64,000 nt of DNA, taken from contig CAVZSQ010000022.1 of NCBI GenBank assembly GCA_963777955.1, positions 160,001 to 224,000 of the forward strand. The letters run 5' to 3'. This document shows, one piece after another, positions 9,947-21,411 of this stretch. Each line of letters starts with the position of its first letter. Position 1 is the first letter of the stretch. The notes beneath the pieces were generated by a model. That model did not search any database and had not been told where the DNA came from. It worked only from the letters and a program-made list of their open reading frames with translations. Both the position numbers and the translations under genes were made by a program. Source of the stretch: Calditrichia bacterium (GTDB taxonomy: Bacteria > Calditrichota > Calditrichia > JAJRVZ01).

Positions 9947-10070
9947 TTTGAGAATGAGATGAAAGTTAAGATCAGAGATTTAAGAAGGTATGCTGTACGG
10001 AAGCCGAAGGCGTTAAATTTTTGTAGAAAACCTGTTAAACAAAAAATTAATCAATCTTGAAAGGATAGAT

Positions 10071-11433
10071 ATGAGCAGCAAAAAAATCCAAAATAAAAAA
10101 GCAGATCCGATGACCCGGCGGGAATTCATCAGCCGTACGGCAGCTGGAACCGCAGGGATAATGATTGTGCCGCGATTTGTTTTGGGCGGTCCGGGCTTAT
10201 GTGGCCCCCAGCGATAAACTGAATATCGCCTGTGTCGGAGTCGGCGGCCAGGGAGAACATGATGTGGAAGGGGTCAGTTCGGAAAATATCGTAGCGTTAT
10301 GCGATGTTGATGACGAACGGGCAGCTGCAATGTATGACAAATTTCCCAAAGCAAAGAAGTATCCTGATTTCAGGATTATGCTGGAGAAGGAATATAAGCA
10401 TATCGATGCCGTTACCGTCACCACTCCCGATCATACCCATGCGGTTATTGCCATGATGGCTATTAAAATGAAAAAGCATGTGTATGTGCAAAAGCCTTTG
10501 ACTCATACTATCTATGAAGCACGTAAACTGGCGGAAGCGGCCCGGGAATATAAAGTAGTTACCCAGATGGGCAACCAGGGACATGCCAGCGAAGGGGCCC
10601 GCCTGATCAATGAATGGATCTGGGATGGCGCTATCGGTAATGTTTATGAAGCACATTGCTGGACTAATCGTCCGATCTGGCCGCAAAACATTCCACGGCC
10701 CGATACTCTTCCCTCCCTGCCGCCTACCCTGGACTGGGATCTGTGGATCGGTCCGTCACCGTGGAGGCCTTATCACCCTGCTTATGCTCCCTTCGCCTGG
10801 CGGGGTTGGTGGGATTTCGGTACGGGTGCCATTGGTGATATGGGCGCCCATATCATGGATCAGCCATTCTGGACTTTGAAACTGGATGCTCCCGATACCA
10901 TTCAGGCCAGTTCAACCGAGTTCAATGATGAAACATATCCGATCGCTTCAGAAGTAACTTTCACTTTTCCGGCCCGCGGAAATATGGGTCCGGTCAAACT
11001 GGTATGGCATGATGGCGGACTGATGCCGTCCCGGCCGGAAGAATTGGAAGACGACCGAAAAATGGGCAGCCGTGAAGGCGGTTCCTTATTTATAGGCGAG
11101 CGGGGAAAACTTATCTGCAGTACTTATGCTGAAAATCCACGCCTGATACCTGAATCCAAAATGAGAGAATATAAACTACCGGAAAAAACCATACCCAGGT
11201 CACCCGGAATCCGTGAAGAGTGGATCGCGGCCTGTAAGGGTGGTCCGCCAACCACTTCCAATTTCGATTATGCCGGTAAACTCACCGAAACAATGTTGCT
11301 GGGTAATCTGGCCATCCGTCTGAAAGAAAGAAATACGATCCTGAAATGGGATCCGGCCAATCTGCGCATCACCAACCTGGAAGAAGCCAACGATTTCATC
11401 CAGATGAAATACCGCCAGGGTTGGGGATTATAA
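10071..11433 (+). CDS. Tat-exported Gfo/Idh/MocA oxidoreductase; frameshift at ~10197
   Basis: ATG 10071 gives TRREFI Tat motif; [34 protein letters not shown]; one extra T at ~10197. Confidence 0.9.
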
Positions 11434-11444
11434 GGAATTAAGAC

Positions 11445-12518
11445 ATGCCTGAAACGATCCGGGTGGTGGTAATCGGTTTAGGGCAAATGGGTAGTTCGCA
11501 TGCCCGGGCTTACCGGCAGATCCCGGGATTTGAGCTGGCCGGTCTGGTGGATACCAGTAAAGAGAGATGTGCACAGTTATCCGCCGAACTCGGCGGTATC
11601 GCACGGTTTTCATCCCTGGCTGATGCACTCAGCACTGCTAAACCGGATGCGGTGGCGGTCTGCACCTATCCCGATACTCATAAACAATATATCCTGCAAA
11701 GTTTACAGGCTGATGCTCATGTTTTTACAGAAAAACCACTGGCCCTGACGGTAAAAGATGCCCGGCAGATTTTAAAAATGGCCGGACAAAAAAATAAAAA
11801 AGTTGTGGTCGGTTATATACTGCGTCATAACCCGTCCTGGATCCGCTTTATTGAACTGGCCCGGACACTGGGCAAACCTCTGGTCATGCGCATGAATCTG
11901 AATCAGCAGAGTAATGGTTCAGCCTGGCAAATCCATAAGAATCTGATGAACTCCATGTCACCGATTGTCGATTGCGGTGTGCATTATGTCGATGTGATGT
12001 GTCAGATGACCCGCAGCGCTCCGGTTCAGGTCCAGGCCATTGGCGCCAGGTTAAGCGCAGAAGTTCAACCGGACATGTATAATTATGGAAATTTACAGGT
12101 GCGGTTTGCTGACGGTTCGATAGGATGGTATGAAGCTGGCTGGGGACCCATGATGAGTGAAACTGCTCATTTTGTTAAGGATGTAGTCGGTCCGCTGGGC
12201 AGTGTCAGCATTATGGACCCGGGAACGGTAAAAACCGGCGTCTCGGAGGATATCCAGTCTCATACCAGGACCAATTGCCTGCTGGTCCATTATTCCGGAT
12301 TGGATGATCGGGGCAGGTTCCTCAAGAGTGATGAAATGATTGATACCAGTGCTGAACCGGATCATCAGGAACTGTGCAACCGCGAACAGCGCTATTTTCT
12401 TAAAGCGATTCAGGAAAATATTGACCTGAGTGAACACCTGCGGGATGCTGTTAATAGTCTGCGTATAGTTCTTGCTGCGGACCGGTCGGTACGAACCGGC
12501 AGAACAGTAAAGTTGTAA
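11445..12518 (+). CDS. Gfo/Idh/MocA oxidoreductase (no signal peptide)
   Basis: GLGQMG, EKPLA, DCGVHYVD. Confidence 0.9.
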   Translation: MPETIRVVVIGLGQMGSSHARAYRQIPGFELAGLVDTSKERCAQLSAELGGIARFSSLADALSTAKPDAVAVCTYPDTHKQYILQSLQADAHVFTEKPLALTVKDARQILKMAGQKNKKVVVGYILRHNPSWIRFIELARTLGKPLVMRMNLNQQSNGSAWQIHKNLMNSMSPIVDCGVHYVDVMCQMTRSAPVQVQAIGARLSAEVQPDMYNYGNLQVRFADGSIGWYEAGWGPMMSETAHFVKDVVGPLGSVSIMDPGTVKTGVSEDIQSHTRTNCLLVHYSGLDDRGRFLKSDEMIDTSAEPDHQELCNREQRYFLKAIQENIDLSEHLRDAVNSLRIVLAADRSVRTGRTVKL

Positions 12519-12569
12519 AGAAAAATGTAGCTATGATTATCGATAAACAGAGCAGGGAAGGAGAACAGG

Positions 12570-13772
12570 ATGAAACCTAAGATTTATGCTCAACTCAGCG
12601 TGATGATGTTTCTGGAATTCTTTATCTGGGGAGCCTGGTTCGTTACATTGGGAACCTATCTGGGATCACTTAAATTCAGCGGTACTCAGATCAGGTATAC
12701 TTATTTGATGAATAATATTGCTGCAATTGTTTCTCCTTTTTTCGTCGGCATGATTGCAGACCGGTTTTTTGCTTCGCAGAAAGTTATGGCCGTGTTACAT
12801 CTCCTGGGGGGGATTGTGATATACTATGCTTCCAACCTGGTGACGGCAGGCGGCTTAATTCTGGGATTACTTTTATATAATTTATTGTACATGCCGACCA
12901 TCGCGCTGGCCAATGCGGTCTCATTTCATCAAATGGAAAATCCGGACGCCCAGTTTCCCCGTGTGCGCGTCTGGGGAACGATCGGCTGGATCGTCGCGGG
13001 ATTGAGTATTACCCTGATTCTGGGGAGATACTACGGGCACGTTGAAGCCACGGCCGTTCCGCTGAAGATGGCAGCCTTTGGTTCGATATTGCTTGGTCTG
13101 TATTCGTTTTTCCTGCCGGATACACCGCCCAAAAATGTAGGCAAAGATATTACCATGGGTGATATTCTTGGTGTCAAGGCACTCAAATTGCTGAAGGAAA
13201 AGAATTTTCTCATTTTTGTGATTTCATCACTGCTGATCTGCATCCCCCTGGCTTTTTATTATAATTTTACCAATCTGTTCCTGAATGAACTGGGCATGAC
13301 CGGAACAGCTGCCAAACAATCGATGGGTCAAATGTCCGAAGTGCTGTTCATGATTCTGATGCCCTGGTTCTTCGTACGTTTAGGTGTCAAGAAAATGCTG
13401 CTGGTCGGCATGCTCTCCTGGGTGTTGCGTTACATCCTGTTTGCCTATGGCAATGCGGGCAGCCTGGTCTGGTTACTATATTTGGGTATCCTGCTGCACG
13501 GCCTGTGCTATGATTTCTTTTTTGTTACCGGGATGATTTATGTGGATAAGAAGGCGGGTACAGAGATACGCGCCCAGGCGCAGGGTTTTATCTCCCTGGT
13601 TACTTATGGAATAGGCATCGGACTCGGATCAGTACTCTCCGGACAGATTGTCGATTGGTTTACTGTGGACGGAGTTAAACAATGGCAGACTATCTGGTTG
13701 ATCCCGTCGGTCTTTGCAGCAGGGGTATCACTCTTGTTCGTACTGTTATTTAAAGATGAGAAAAAAGCCTGA
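12570..13772 (+). CDS. MFS transporter, nucleoside:H+ symporter (NHS/YegT-like) family
   Basis: MMFLEFFIWGAW, RVWGTIGWI, GQMSEVLF, LHGLCYDFFFV; ~12 TM. Confidence 0.9.
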   Translation: MKPKIYAQLSVMMFLEFFIWGAWFVTLGTYLGSLKFSGTQIRYTYLMNNIAAIVSPFFVGMIADRFFASQKVMAVLHLLGGIVIYYASNLVTAGGLILGLLLYNLLYMPTIALANAVSFHQMENPDAQFPRVRVWGTIGWIVAGLSITLILGRYYGHVEATAVPLKMAAFGSILLGLYSFFLPDTPPKNVGKDITMGDILGVKALKLLKEKNFLIFVISSLLICIPLAFYYNFTNLFLNELGMTGTAAKQSMGQMSEVLFMILMPWFFVRLGVKKMLLVGMLSWVLRYILFAYGNAGSLVWLLYLGILLHGLCYDFFFVTGMIYVDKKAGTEIRAQAQGFISLVTYGIGIGLGSVLSGQIVDWFTVDGVKQWQTIWLIPSVFAAGVSLLFVLLFKDEKKA

Positions 13773-13778
13773 TAACTT

Positions 13779-15032
13779 ATGAATCGCCGCCACTTTTTAA
13801 AATCTGCTGCATTGACTACGGGTGTATTCACGATTGTACCGCGGCATGTGCTGGGGGGCGTCGGTTATACAGCTCCCAGTGATGTGCTGACCAGAGCTGT
13901 TATCGGTGTGGGCGAGATGGGCAGCAATCATGTACAGTATACCAATGGCCGGCTGCTGGCAGTATGCGACGTAGACCGGGAACACCTGCAGCAGGCGCTG
14001 GAAATTGCCGGTCCGGGTGTACAGGGTTATCAGGACTTCAGGGAGGTCTGCGACCGCACAGATATCGATCTGGTCCAAATTGCCACTCCGCCGCACTGGC
14101 ATGCCCTGATCGCCATAGCAGCAGCCCGGGCCGGCAAAGACATCTGGTGCGAGAAACCGATGACCCGCACCATTGCCGAAGGCCAAAAACTGGTCGAGAC
14201 AGTTCAGAAAACCGGGGTGATGTTCAGGATTAATACCTGGTTCCGTTTTCAGGATGTTTTTTATGAGTTGGGCAGTACTATCGCGCCGGTCAAAAAAATT
14301 GTACAAAATGGCCTGCTAGGCTGGCCGCTTAAAGTTACAGTCGGTGCCGTGACAGGATTTGACTGGAAATCATACTGGCAGGGACAAACCAATCTGCAGC
14401 CGGAATGGATACCCGAGAATTTAAATTACGATATGTGGTTGGGTCCGGCACCGTATAAACCTTATAACAAACACCGGGTTCATCTTAATTTCCGCGGTTA
14501 CTGGGATTACGATGGCGGAGGATTGGGGGATATGGGCCAACATTACCTGGACCCGGTACAATATCTTCTCGATAAAGATAATACAAGTCCGGTGGAGGTC
14601 GAGGCCGAGGCGGTCCAGGCTCATCCCGATGCCGTGGGTAATTTTCGCCGGATCTGGATGCGCTATGCGGATGGGTGTGAACTTATTCTGGACAATGAGT
14701 CGCAGAATGAAAAAATACCTTTCCTGGAAGGGCCTCAGGGAAAATTATATAAGGGAATGGAGTCTACCATTCCTGATCTGAAAAATATACTACGGCAACT
14801 GCCTGATCCGGAACCGCAACTTACCGATTTCAATGAATCGATCCGTATGCGCCGCAGGTTTGCATTGAATGAACAAAATGCACATCGTTCAGCCACCCTG
14901 GTCAACCTGGCCAAAATTGCCGTGCAAACGGGCAGGAAATTATATTTCGATCCGCTGGCCCAGCGGTTTATCAACGATGAGAGTGCCAACCGGCTGGTGG
15001 AACAACCCATGCGCGCACCATGGCATCTGTAA
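13779..15032 (+). CDS. Tat-exported Gfo/Idh/MocA oxidoreductase
   Basis: NRRHFLK Tat motif; ATPPHWH, CEKPM, FRGYWDYDGGGLGDMGQH. Confidence 0.9.
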   Translation: MNRRHFLKSAALTTGVFTIVPRHVLGGVGYTAPSDVLTRAVIGVGEMGSNHVQYTNGRLLAVCDVDREHLQQALEIAGPGVQGYQDFREVCDRTDIDLVQIATPPHWHALIAIAAARAGKDIWCEKPMTRTIAEGQKLVETVQKTGVMFRINTWFRFQDVFYELGSTIAPVKKIVQNGLLGWPLKVTVGAVTGFDWKSYWQGQTNLQPEWIPENLNYDMWLGPAPYKPYNKHRVHLNFRGYWDYDGGGLGDMGQHYLDPVQYLLDKDNTSPVEVEAEAVQAHPDAVGNFRRIWMRYADGCELILDNESQNEKIPFLEGPQGKLYKGMESTIPDLKNILRQLPDPEPQLTDFNESIRMRRRFALNEQNAHRSATLVNLAKIAVQTGRKLYFDPLAQRFINDESANRLVEQPMRAPWHL

Positions 15033-15062
15033 TTTAATCCGCTACACACAGAAAGGAAAAAA

Positions 15063-15659
15063 ATGCGAGTAAAAATGTTGGTGTTCTTAATAGCCATGAT
15101 GGTAATCATAACTCAGACCATAGCCCAGACTCCTGTGAAAAAATATGATATAAAATCGGGCATCGTAACCTATGATTTGATTATGAAAGTGGGAACTATG
15201 GAGTTAAAGAAAAAGTTCATAGTTTATTTTGACGATTACGGGATGAAAGAGTGCAAAGAGACTTATTCCGATAATAAATTAGTACAGAGTTATCTCAGCG
15301 ACGGTAAAGATTTATATTCTTTAGAACATAATAAAAAGAAGGCATCTAAAAAAGGTCCGGCCTTTCGTGGAACCGAATTGCGGGTAGAATGGTCGGAATT
15401 CGGAACGGAAAAAGACCGCCAGTCCGGCAAAATTAAAAAAGTGCCTGCGATAACGGTCGCCGGGAAAAGTTGCGAAATGTTTGAGTCCAAAGATGAAAAG
15501 GGCAACATAACCCAATATGGTGGTTGGAATAAAATTTTATTATTGCTGGATACACAGATGCAGGGTACCCATAGCATCCAGCGTGCAGTAAAGGTTGAAG
15601 AGAATGTAAATGTTTCCCCGGATAAATTTAAAGTACCTGCAGGATATACTTTACAGTAA
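15063..15659 (+). CDS. Secreted hypothetical protein (DUF4412-like)
   Basis: Sec signal peptide; YDIKSGIVTY, YFDDYG, AGKSC, FKVPAGY. Confidence 0.7.
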   Translation: MRVKMLVFLIAMMVIITQTIAQTPVKKYDIKSGIVTYDLIMKVGTMELKKKFIVYFDDYGMKECKETYSDNKLVQSYLSDGKDLYSLEHNKKKASKKGPAFRGTELRVEWSEFGTEKDRQSGKIKKVPAITVAGKSCEMFESKDEKGNITQYGGWNKILLLLDTQMQGTHSIQRAVKVEENVNVSPDKFKVPAGYTLQ

Positions 15660-15721
15660 TATATTCAGGTTAGACCTGCTGGATACTAATTAGACAGTTC
15701 ATCACTTATGTAAATAGTATT

Positions 15722-18513
15722 ATGCCGAATACATATTTTAGATCTTTTTTTAAAACGATATCATTACTTATCAGAATACTTTTAGTTAATTTGCTGATTC
15801 TGCTGATTGCCTGCTCCAGAGACAACGTAGAATCCCGGAATGACAATAATCTATCAATACCGGAATTGCTGCAACTCATACCGGCAAATACTGCAACTCA
15901 AACCTACTTGATCAATAAGGCGCTATTGGCACAGGGTCGCAGCGGTGTTTTAGATCTCGGCATGATGCTAAATGATAAAGATGAACAGATCAGGACCGCA
16001 GCGGAGTATGCACTATCATCTTTGGCTTTTCAGGTCACCCGTGGTAATAATGCTGAGGAACGGCAGGAATTCCTGCAGGGAATTTATCTGGCTCTGCAGG
16101 CGGATCAACTCCGTACTGTCCGGCCTCTGCTGATCAGTTTATTAAAAATCGCCGGGGATGAATCTTCAATAAAACCACTGGCTCATTTTCTTACAGATGA
16201 AAAGTTATGTGCACTAATTATACCCACCATGCTGAATATCGGTACGCCTTCGGCGGCAGCGGGCAAAGAGTTACTGTCAGCATTACCCCGGAGTTGGGGG
16301 AGTAATAAACCGGCGATCATCCAGGCCCTGGGCCAGTTGAGATATATACCGGCAGCTGCCGGGATATTTGAATATATCAGCGATCCGGATACTGTCATCA
16401 AGTTGGCAGCCATTTCTGCTCTGGCAAATATGGGATATGAACCACTGCGTCCGGTTTTGCTGGAAAGCATCACTGAAAGTGGTACGTCATACAGAGAGCA
16501 ATTAATTATAGATTACCTTAAATTCATAGAACAGTTGAAGGATAAATCTATGGCGGCACAATACTGCCGGGAAATAATTACCGATTCTCCGGATTATTTT
16601 TCCGGGCATAATCGCCTGACCGCCGCAGGTATGTTAATTGCAATCCAGGGTGGCCCAGCTGCTTTGCCTGATGTTTTGAATTTCATGCAGAATTGTTCTG
16701 CCAAAGACCAACTGACTATCCTGATCTTCCTGGAAAATATGGATATCACAACCCTGATTGACGCAGTATCCGCAGTAAAATATAAACTGTCTCCAGCATG
16801 GCAGGCCGGATTTATTACCATGCTCGGTTCCAGAAAAGATCAAAAAGCGATACCATTTATCGAAGCCGCATTGCAGGATACCGCAGTCATTGTCCGGGCT
16901 GCAGCCATAAAATCTCTGCTGCAGATCCGACCGGCGCGGGCGAGTGAATTTTTGATACCGGTTATGTGCCGGGAAAGCGATTCGCTGATACGCGATGCTT
17001 TGTATACCAGTTTAAAAACCGTACCCACTCAGGAATTGTTCCCCGGCCTGGCAGAGCATTATCCCGAGATGAATCTGGCTGGCAGGCAACTGGTGCTGAA
17101 TATAATGGGAGAACGCCAGATCAGAATGTATACTGATTTTGTCATCGGTCAAATGTCCGCCGGGCAGGCAGAAGTACGGATTGCGGCTATGCAGAATATT
17201 GCCGATCTGGCCGCTGCCGGTGATCTGCCGGTTCTGCTCAGCCAGTGGCAGAGAACATCTGCAGCCTGAACAGGAAATATTATTCAAATCAATCCTGGAA
17301 CTGATCGACCGCTATCAGGATGAGCCGGCTATACATCAGGCCATCATGGGAATTTGCACAAAATAAAAATGATTCCAACCGCGAATTTTTATTACGGATG
17401 CTCAAACGGAGCGGTGCTGACCAGGCTCTGCAGATTTTACGGGCGGAAATAAAATCCGGCAAAGCGGAAATAAAAGACGCGGCCTGGCGGACACTATGCG
17501 AATGGCCGCGGCTAAATGCGCTGAATGATCTCTTAAACCTGGCGGCCAGCAAGGAAGATCTGACTTACCGGGTACTGGCTACCCGCGCCTGTTTGCAACT
17601 GCTGCAGGAAAATGATTCAGGCCAAGAAATTGAATTTCAGAATTATCAGAAGTTATTCGAATCCACACCGCGCTTAGCAGAAAAGCAGTTGGTTTTATTT
17701 GCTATGGCTGATCTGAAATCGGAAAGTGCCTTACATTACCTGACTGCATTGATCAATGATCCCGATCTTGGTTCCACAGCGACGATGACCATCATGAATA
17801 TGGTTAAATCTGCCTCTGACAGCAGTGCGGAAATAAAAGGTACTGAAATCGCTGCAGCTGGTCTGCAAGGTCAACTAAAACCGGGATCAGCTGCTGAGAA
17901 GATGGTCCTTGAATCAGCTGATTCATCTCATAATCGACCTCCCGTGGGGTTTGTCGCCCTGTTCAACGGTCATGATCTGACCGGCTGGCAGATTATTGAC
18001 GGTTTGCCTGACAGTTGGCAGGTGCAGGATAGCGTACTATACACCACCGGTAAAGGGGGCGGCTGGCTGTCCTCTGACCGGATTTTTAGCGATTTCAAAA
18101 TGGCATTGGAATTTCGCTCACCGGCAGGGGGCAACAGCGGGATATTCATCCGGGCGCCGCATGAAGGGGATCCGGCCTACACCGGTATGGAAATTCAGTT
18201 ACTGGATGATTTTGCCCGGAAAAATGCTGGCTTGAAACCATGGCAGTACTGCGGCAGTATTTACGGGATTCAAGCACCCGTGCAGCGCGTCAGCAAGCCT
18301 GATGGTACCTGGCAGAAAATGGTAATCGACTGCCGGGGACCGCAAATTAAAGTAACCCTTAATGATGTTATGATTATTGATGCAAATTTGGCCGAGTACA
18401 TGGATCAGGAAACAGTCCATCCGGGGATTAAGCGTCGCAGCGGACATATTGGGCTGCAAAATCATTCGACCCCTGTGGAATTCAGAAAGATCAGGATCAT
18501 CGAATATGAATAA
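15722..18513 (+). CDS. HEAT-repeat lipoprotein with C-terminal DUF1080; frameshifts at ~17255 and ~17349
   Basis: Lipobox LLIA-C; many HEAT-like repeats; LFNGHDLTGW, GNSGIFIR, MEIQLLDD, GHIGLQNH. Confidence 0.85.
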
Positions 18514-18619
18514 TTAACCGCGGACGATCCGCACGGATTCTTCGAGCGCAAAGAATAGTATATGAAGTGAATACAATTAGTATTAATTTTTCCATATAAA
18601 ATAAAATGGGAGTTGTCAT

Positions 18620-20074
18620 ATGCGTTATTTTGTAAAAATAATGAGATGTATGATCATGCTGATCATTCTTCCTGTATTTAGTTTATTCGCCAAAAACGAT
18701 ATACTGCCGGTATCATCACATCCGGTAACCGATGTGTATCCCGGCTGGCAACTGGGGATACAGTTGTGGACATTTCACAAATACACTTTTTTTGAAGCAA
18801 TTGATAAAGCGGCGTCAACAGGTGTGTCATGGGTTGAGGCGTATCCCGGACAAAAATTAGGGGTTGAATACCCGGATCAGAATTTTGATCATAATCTGCC
18901 GGCAGAATTACGGGAGAGGGTGAAACATAAACTTGCCGGGTATGGCTTGTATCTTTCTGCTTATGGGGTAGTGGACATGCCCAACGATGAGGTCAAGTGC
19001 CGCCAGGTTTTCGATTTTGCCAGAGATATGGGCATCGGCGTGATTGTTGCTGAACCGCCGGCTGAAGCCATGGCCATGGTCGACCGCTTGTGTAATGAAT
19101 ACAAGATCAGTGTAGCCATTCATAATCATCCCGAGCCTTCCAATTACTGGAATCCCGATAAAGTGGTTGAAGCGGTAAAGGGTTGCAGCAAATATATAGG
19201 ATCCTGCGCCGATCTGGGACACTGGCCGCGATCAGGTGTCGGTCCGCTGGCAGCTCTGAAAAAACTGGAAGGCCGGATTGTCAGTCTGCATTTTAAAGAT
19301 CTGAATGAATTCGGTAATAAAGAAGCGTATGATGTACCCTGGGGCAGCGGTATCCTGGACATGCCGGCAATACTGAAAGAATTACAGCGCCAGAAATTTA
19401 CAGGTCCAATTTCGATTGAATATGAACACAACTGGGAATCTTCGCTGCCCGAGATCAGGCAATCTATAGCAGCCTATAATAATGCTACAGCCAAACTGCA
19501 GAAACCGGCCTGGAAAAATCTTTTCAGCAATGATCTCATCAATGCCATATCTAAAAAAGGTAATTGGGAATTAAAAGAAGGGGTTCTCGGAGCTCTGGGT
19601 GGTGATGATATCTGGACAAATGAAAAGTATGGTGATTTTATTCTTGATCTGGAATTTAAACTGGATAATGAAACCAATAGCGGTGTTTTTTTGCGCACCG
19701 GTGATATCGTTGAATGGTTGGAGACGTCAATTGAAGTGCAGATTCTGGATTCGTACGGGAAGACGGTTCCGGACCGGCAGGACTGCGGTGCTATCTTTGA
19801 CTGCCTGGCACCATCCAAAAATATGGTTAAAAAACCGGGAGAATGGAATCGCTACACCATTACCTGTAAAGCCAATAAAATATATGTGGTCTTGAATGGC
19901 CAGCAGATAATTGACATGGATCTGAATTTGTGGAAAGAAGCAGGCAAAAATCCCGATGGCTCAGCCAACAAATTTGATACGGCTTATCAGAAAATGCCGC
20001 GCAAAGGAAATATCGGGTTGCAGTACCACGGCCACCCGGTCTGGTTCAGGAATATTAAAGTGCAGGAATTATGA
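18620..20074 (+). CDS. Secreted sugar phosphate isomerase/epimerase (AP-endonuclease-2 TIM barrel) fused to DUF1080
   Basis: Signal peptide; IHNH, DLGHW, HFKD, SIEYE; then NSGVFLR, EVQILDS, GNIGLQYHG. Confidence 0.9.
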   Translation: MRYFVKIMRCMIMLIILPVFSLFAKNDILPVSSHPVTDVYPGWQLGIQLWTFHKYTFFEAIDKAASTGVSWVEAYPGQKLGVEYPDQNFDHNLPAELRERVKHKLAGYGLYLSAYGVVDMPNDEVKCRQVFDFARDMGIGVIVAEPPAEAMAMVDRLCNEYKISVAIHNHPEPSNYWNPDKVVEAVKGCSKYIGSCADLGHWPRSGVGPLAALKKLEGRIVSLHFKDLNEFGNKEAYDVPWGSGILDMPAILKELQRQKFTGPISIEYEHNWESSLPEIRQSIAAYNNATAKLQKPAWKNLFSNDLINAISKKGNWELKEGVLGALGGDDIWTNEKYGDFILDLEFKLDNETNSGVFLRTGDIVEWLETSIEVQILDSYGKTVPDRQDCGAIFDCLAPSKNMVKKPGEWNRYTITCKANKIYVVLNGQQIIDMDLNLWKEAGKNPDGSANKFDTAYQKMPRKGNIGLQYHGHPVWFRNIKVQEL

Positions 20075-21411
20075 AAAACAAAATAAGAAATATTAACCGG
20101 CGGAATTTTGTAAAAACCGGAATGGCGGCGGGAGCCGGACTGATCATTGCTCCGCTGATTATGAAACATGCCCGGGCCAATGATTCCAATGATCTGAATG
20201 TTGCTTTGCTGGGCGCCGGTGCGCAGGGACAGGTTCTGCTCAACGCCTGCCTGAAAATACCCAACCTGCGATTCAAGGCCGTATGCGATATCTGGACTGA
20301 GTACAGTTTAAAACGGGCTCACAATCTGCTGCAGAAGTATGGACATGAATTGAATGCCTACCAGGATTACCGCGAAATGCTGGCCAGGGAGAACAGCCTT
20401 GATGCCGTGTTGGTCGCCACACCTGACTTCTGGCATGCGGCGCATACCGAGGATTGCCTGGCCGCCGGGCTTAATGTCTACTGTGAAAAAGAGATGTCCA
20501 ATACTCTGGAAGGTTGCCGGCGCATCGTCCGTGCAGCCCGTAGAAGCAGTAAACTGGTTCAGATCGGACATCAACGGCGCAGTAATCCGCGTTACCTGCA
20601 TTGTTATGACGTCCTGCTGCAAAAAGCACGTCTGTTGGGCCGTATTACTACGATTAACGGACAATGGAACCGCTCCGTACAACCTGATCTGGGCTGGCCG
20701 GAAAAGTATACTATTCCACAACCGGTATTACGCACCTACGGTTTTCAATCCATGCAGCAATTCCGCAACTGGCGCTGGTACCGGGCTCTGGGCGGCGGAC
20801 CGATTGTGGATCTGGGCTCTCACCAGATAGATATCTATAACTGGTTTCTGAACAGCCGGCCGGTTTCGGTCTTTGCCAGCGGCGGAACCGACTATTATAA
20901 AAAGATCGGCCATGAGTGGTACGATAATGTTCTGGCCATTTACGAATACCAGACCGGAGACGGAATGGTGCGCGCTTATTATCAGACTATTACCACCAAC
21001 AGTAACCTGGGTTATTATGAAAGTTTTATGGGCGATGAAGGTACACTGCAAATATCCGAATCGTCCAGTCGTGGATCGCTCTACCGCGAACAAAATGCCC
21101 CACCCTGGGATAAATGGATCGAAATGGGTTATTTAGTCGCTCCTGAGGAAGCAATTGAAAAACCGGCTGCCGGTGCGGTAATTGATGTGCGGGAAACCAT
21201 CGCACCACCCAAGCATGAACTGCCGGTAGTGTTTACCGATCCTTATCATAAACCGCACCTGGAAAATTTTTTCAATGCTATCCGCGGCCAGGAAAAATTG
21301 AATTGCCCGGTGGATGTGGGTTATGAAACGGCAGTGGTTGTGCTGAAAGTGAATGATGCCGTGGCTGCCGGGAAGAAGTTAAAATTTTCCGCTGAAGAAT
21401 TTAAGGTTTGA
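20071..21411 (+). CDS. Tat-exported Gfo/Idh/MocA oxidoreductase
   Basis: NRRNFVK Tat motif; GAGAQG, ATPDFWH, CEKEM, NWRWY...GGPIVDLGSHQID. Confidence 0.9.
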   Translation: MKNKIRNINRRNFVKTGMAAGAGLIIAPLIMKHARANDSNDLNVALLGAGAQGQVLLNACLKIPNLRFKAVCDIWTEYSLKRAHNLLQKYGHELNAYQDYREMLARENSLDAVLVATPDFWHAAHTEDCLAAGLNVYCEKEMSNTLEGCRRIVRAARRSSKLVQIGHQRRSNPRYLHCYDVLLQKARLLGRITTINGQWNRSVQPDLGWPEKYTIPQPVLRTYGFQSMQQFRNWRWYRALGGGPIVDLGSHQIDIYNWFLNSRPVSVFASGGTDYYKKIGHEWYDNVLAIYEYQTGDGMVRAYYQTITTNSNLGYYESFMGDEGTLQISESSSRGSLYREQNAPPWDKWIEMGYLVAPEEAIEKPAAGAVIDVRETIAPPKHELPVVFTDPYHKPHLENFFNAIRGQEKLNCPVDVGYETAVVVLKVNDAVAAGKKLKFSAEEFKV

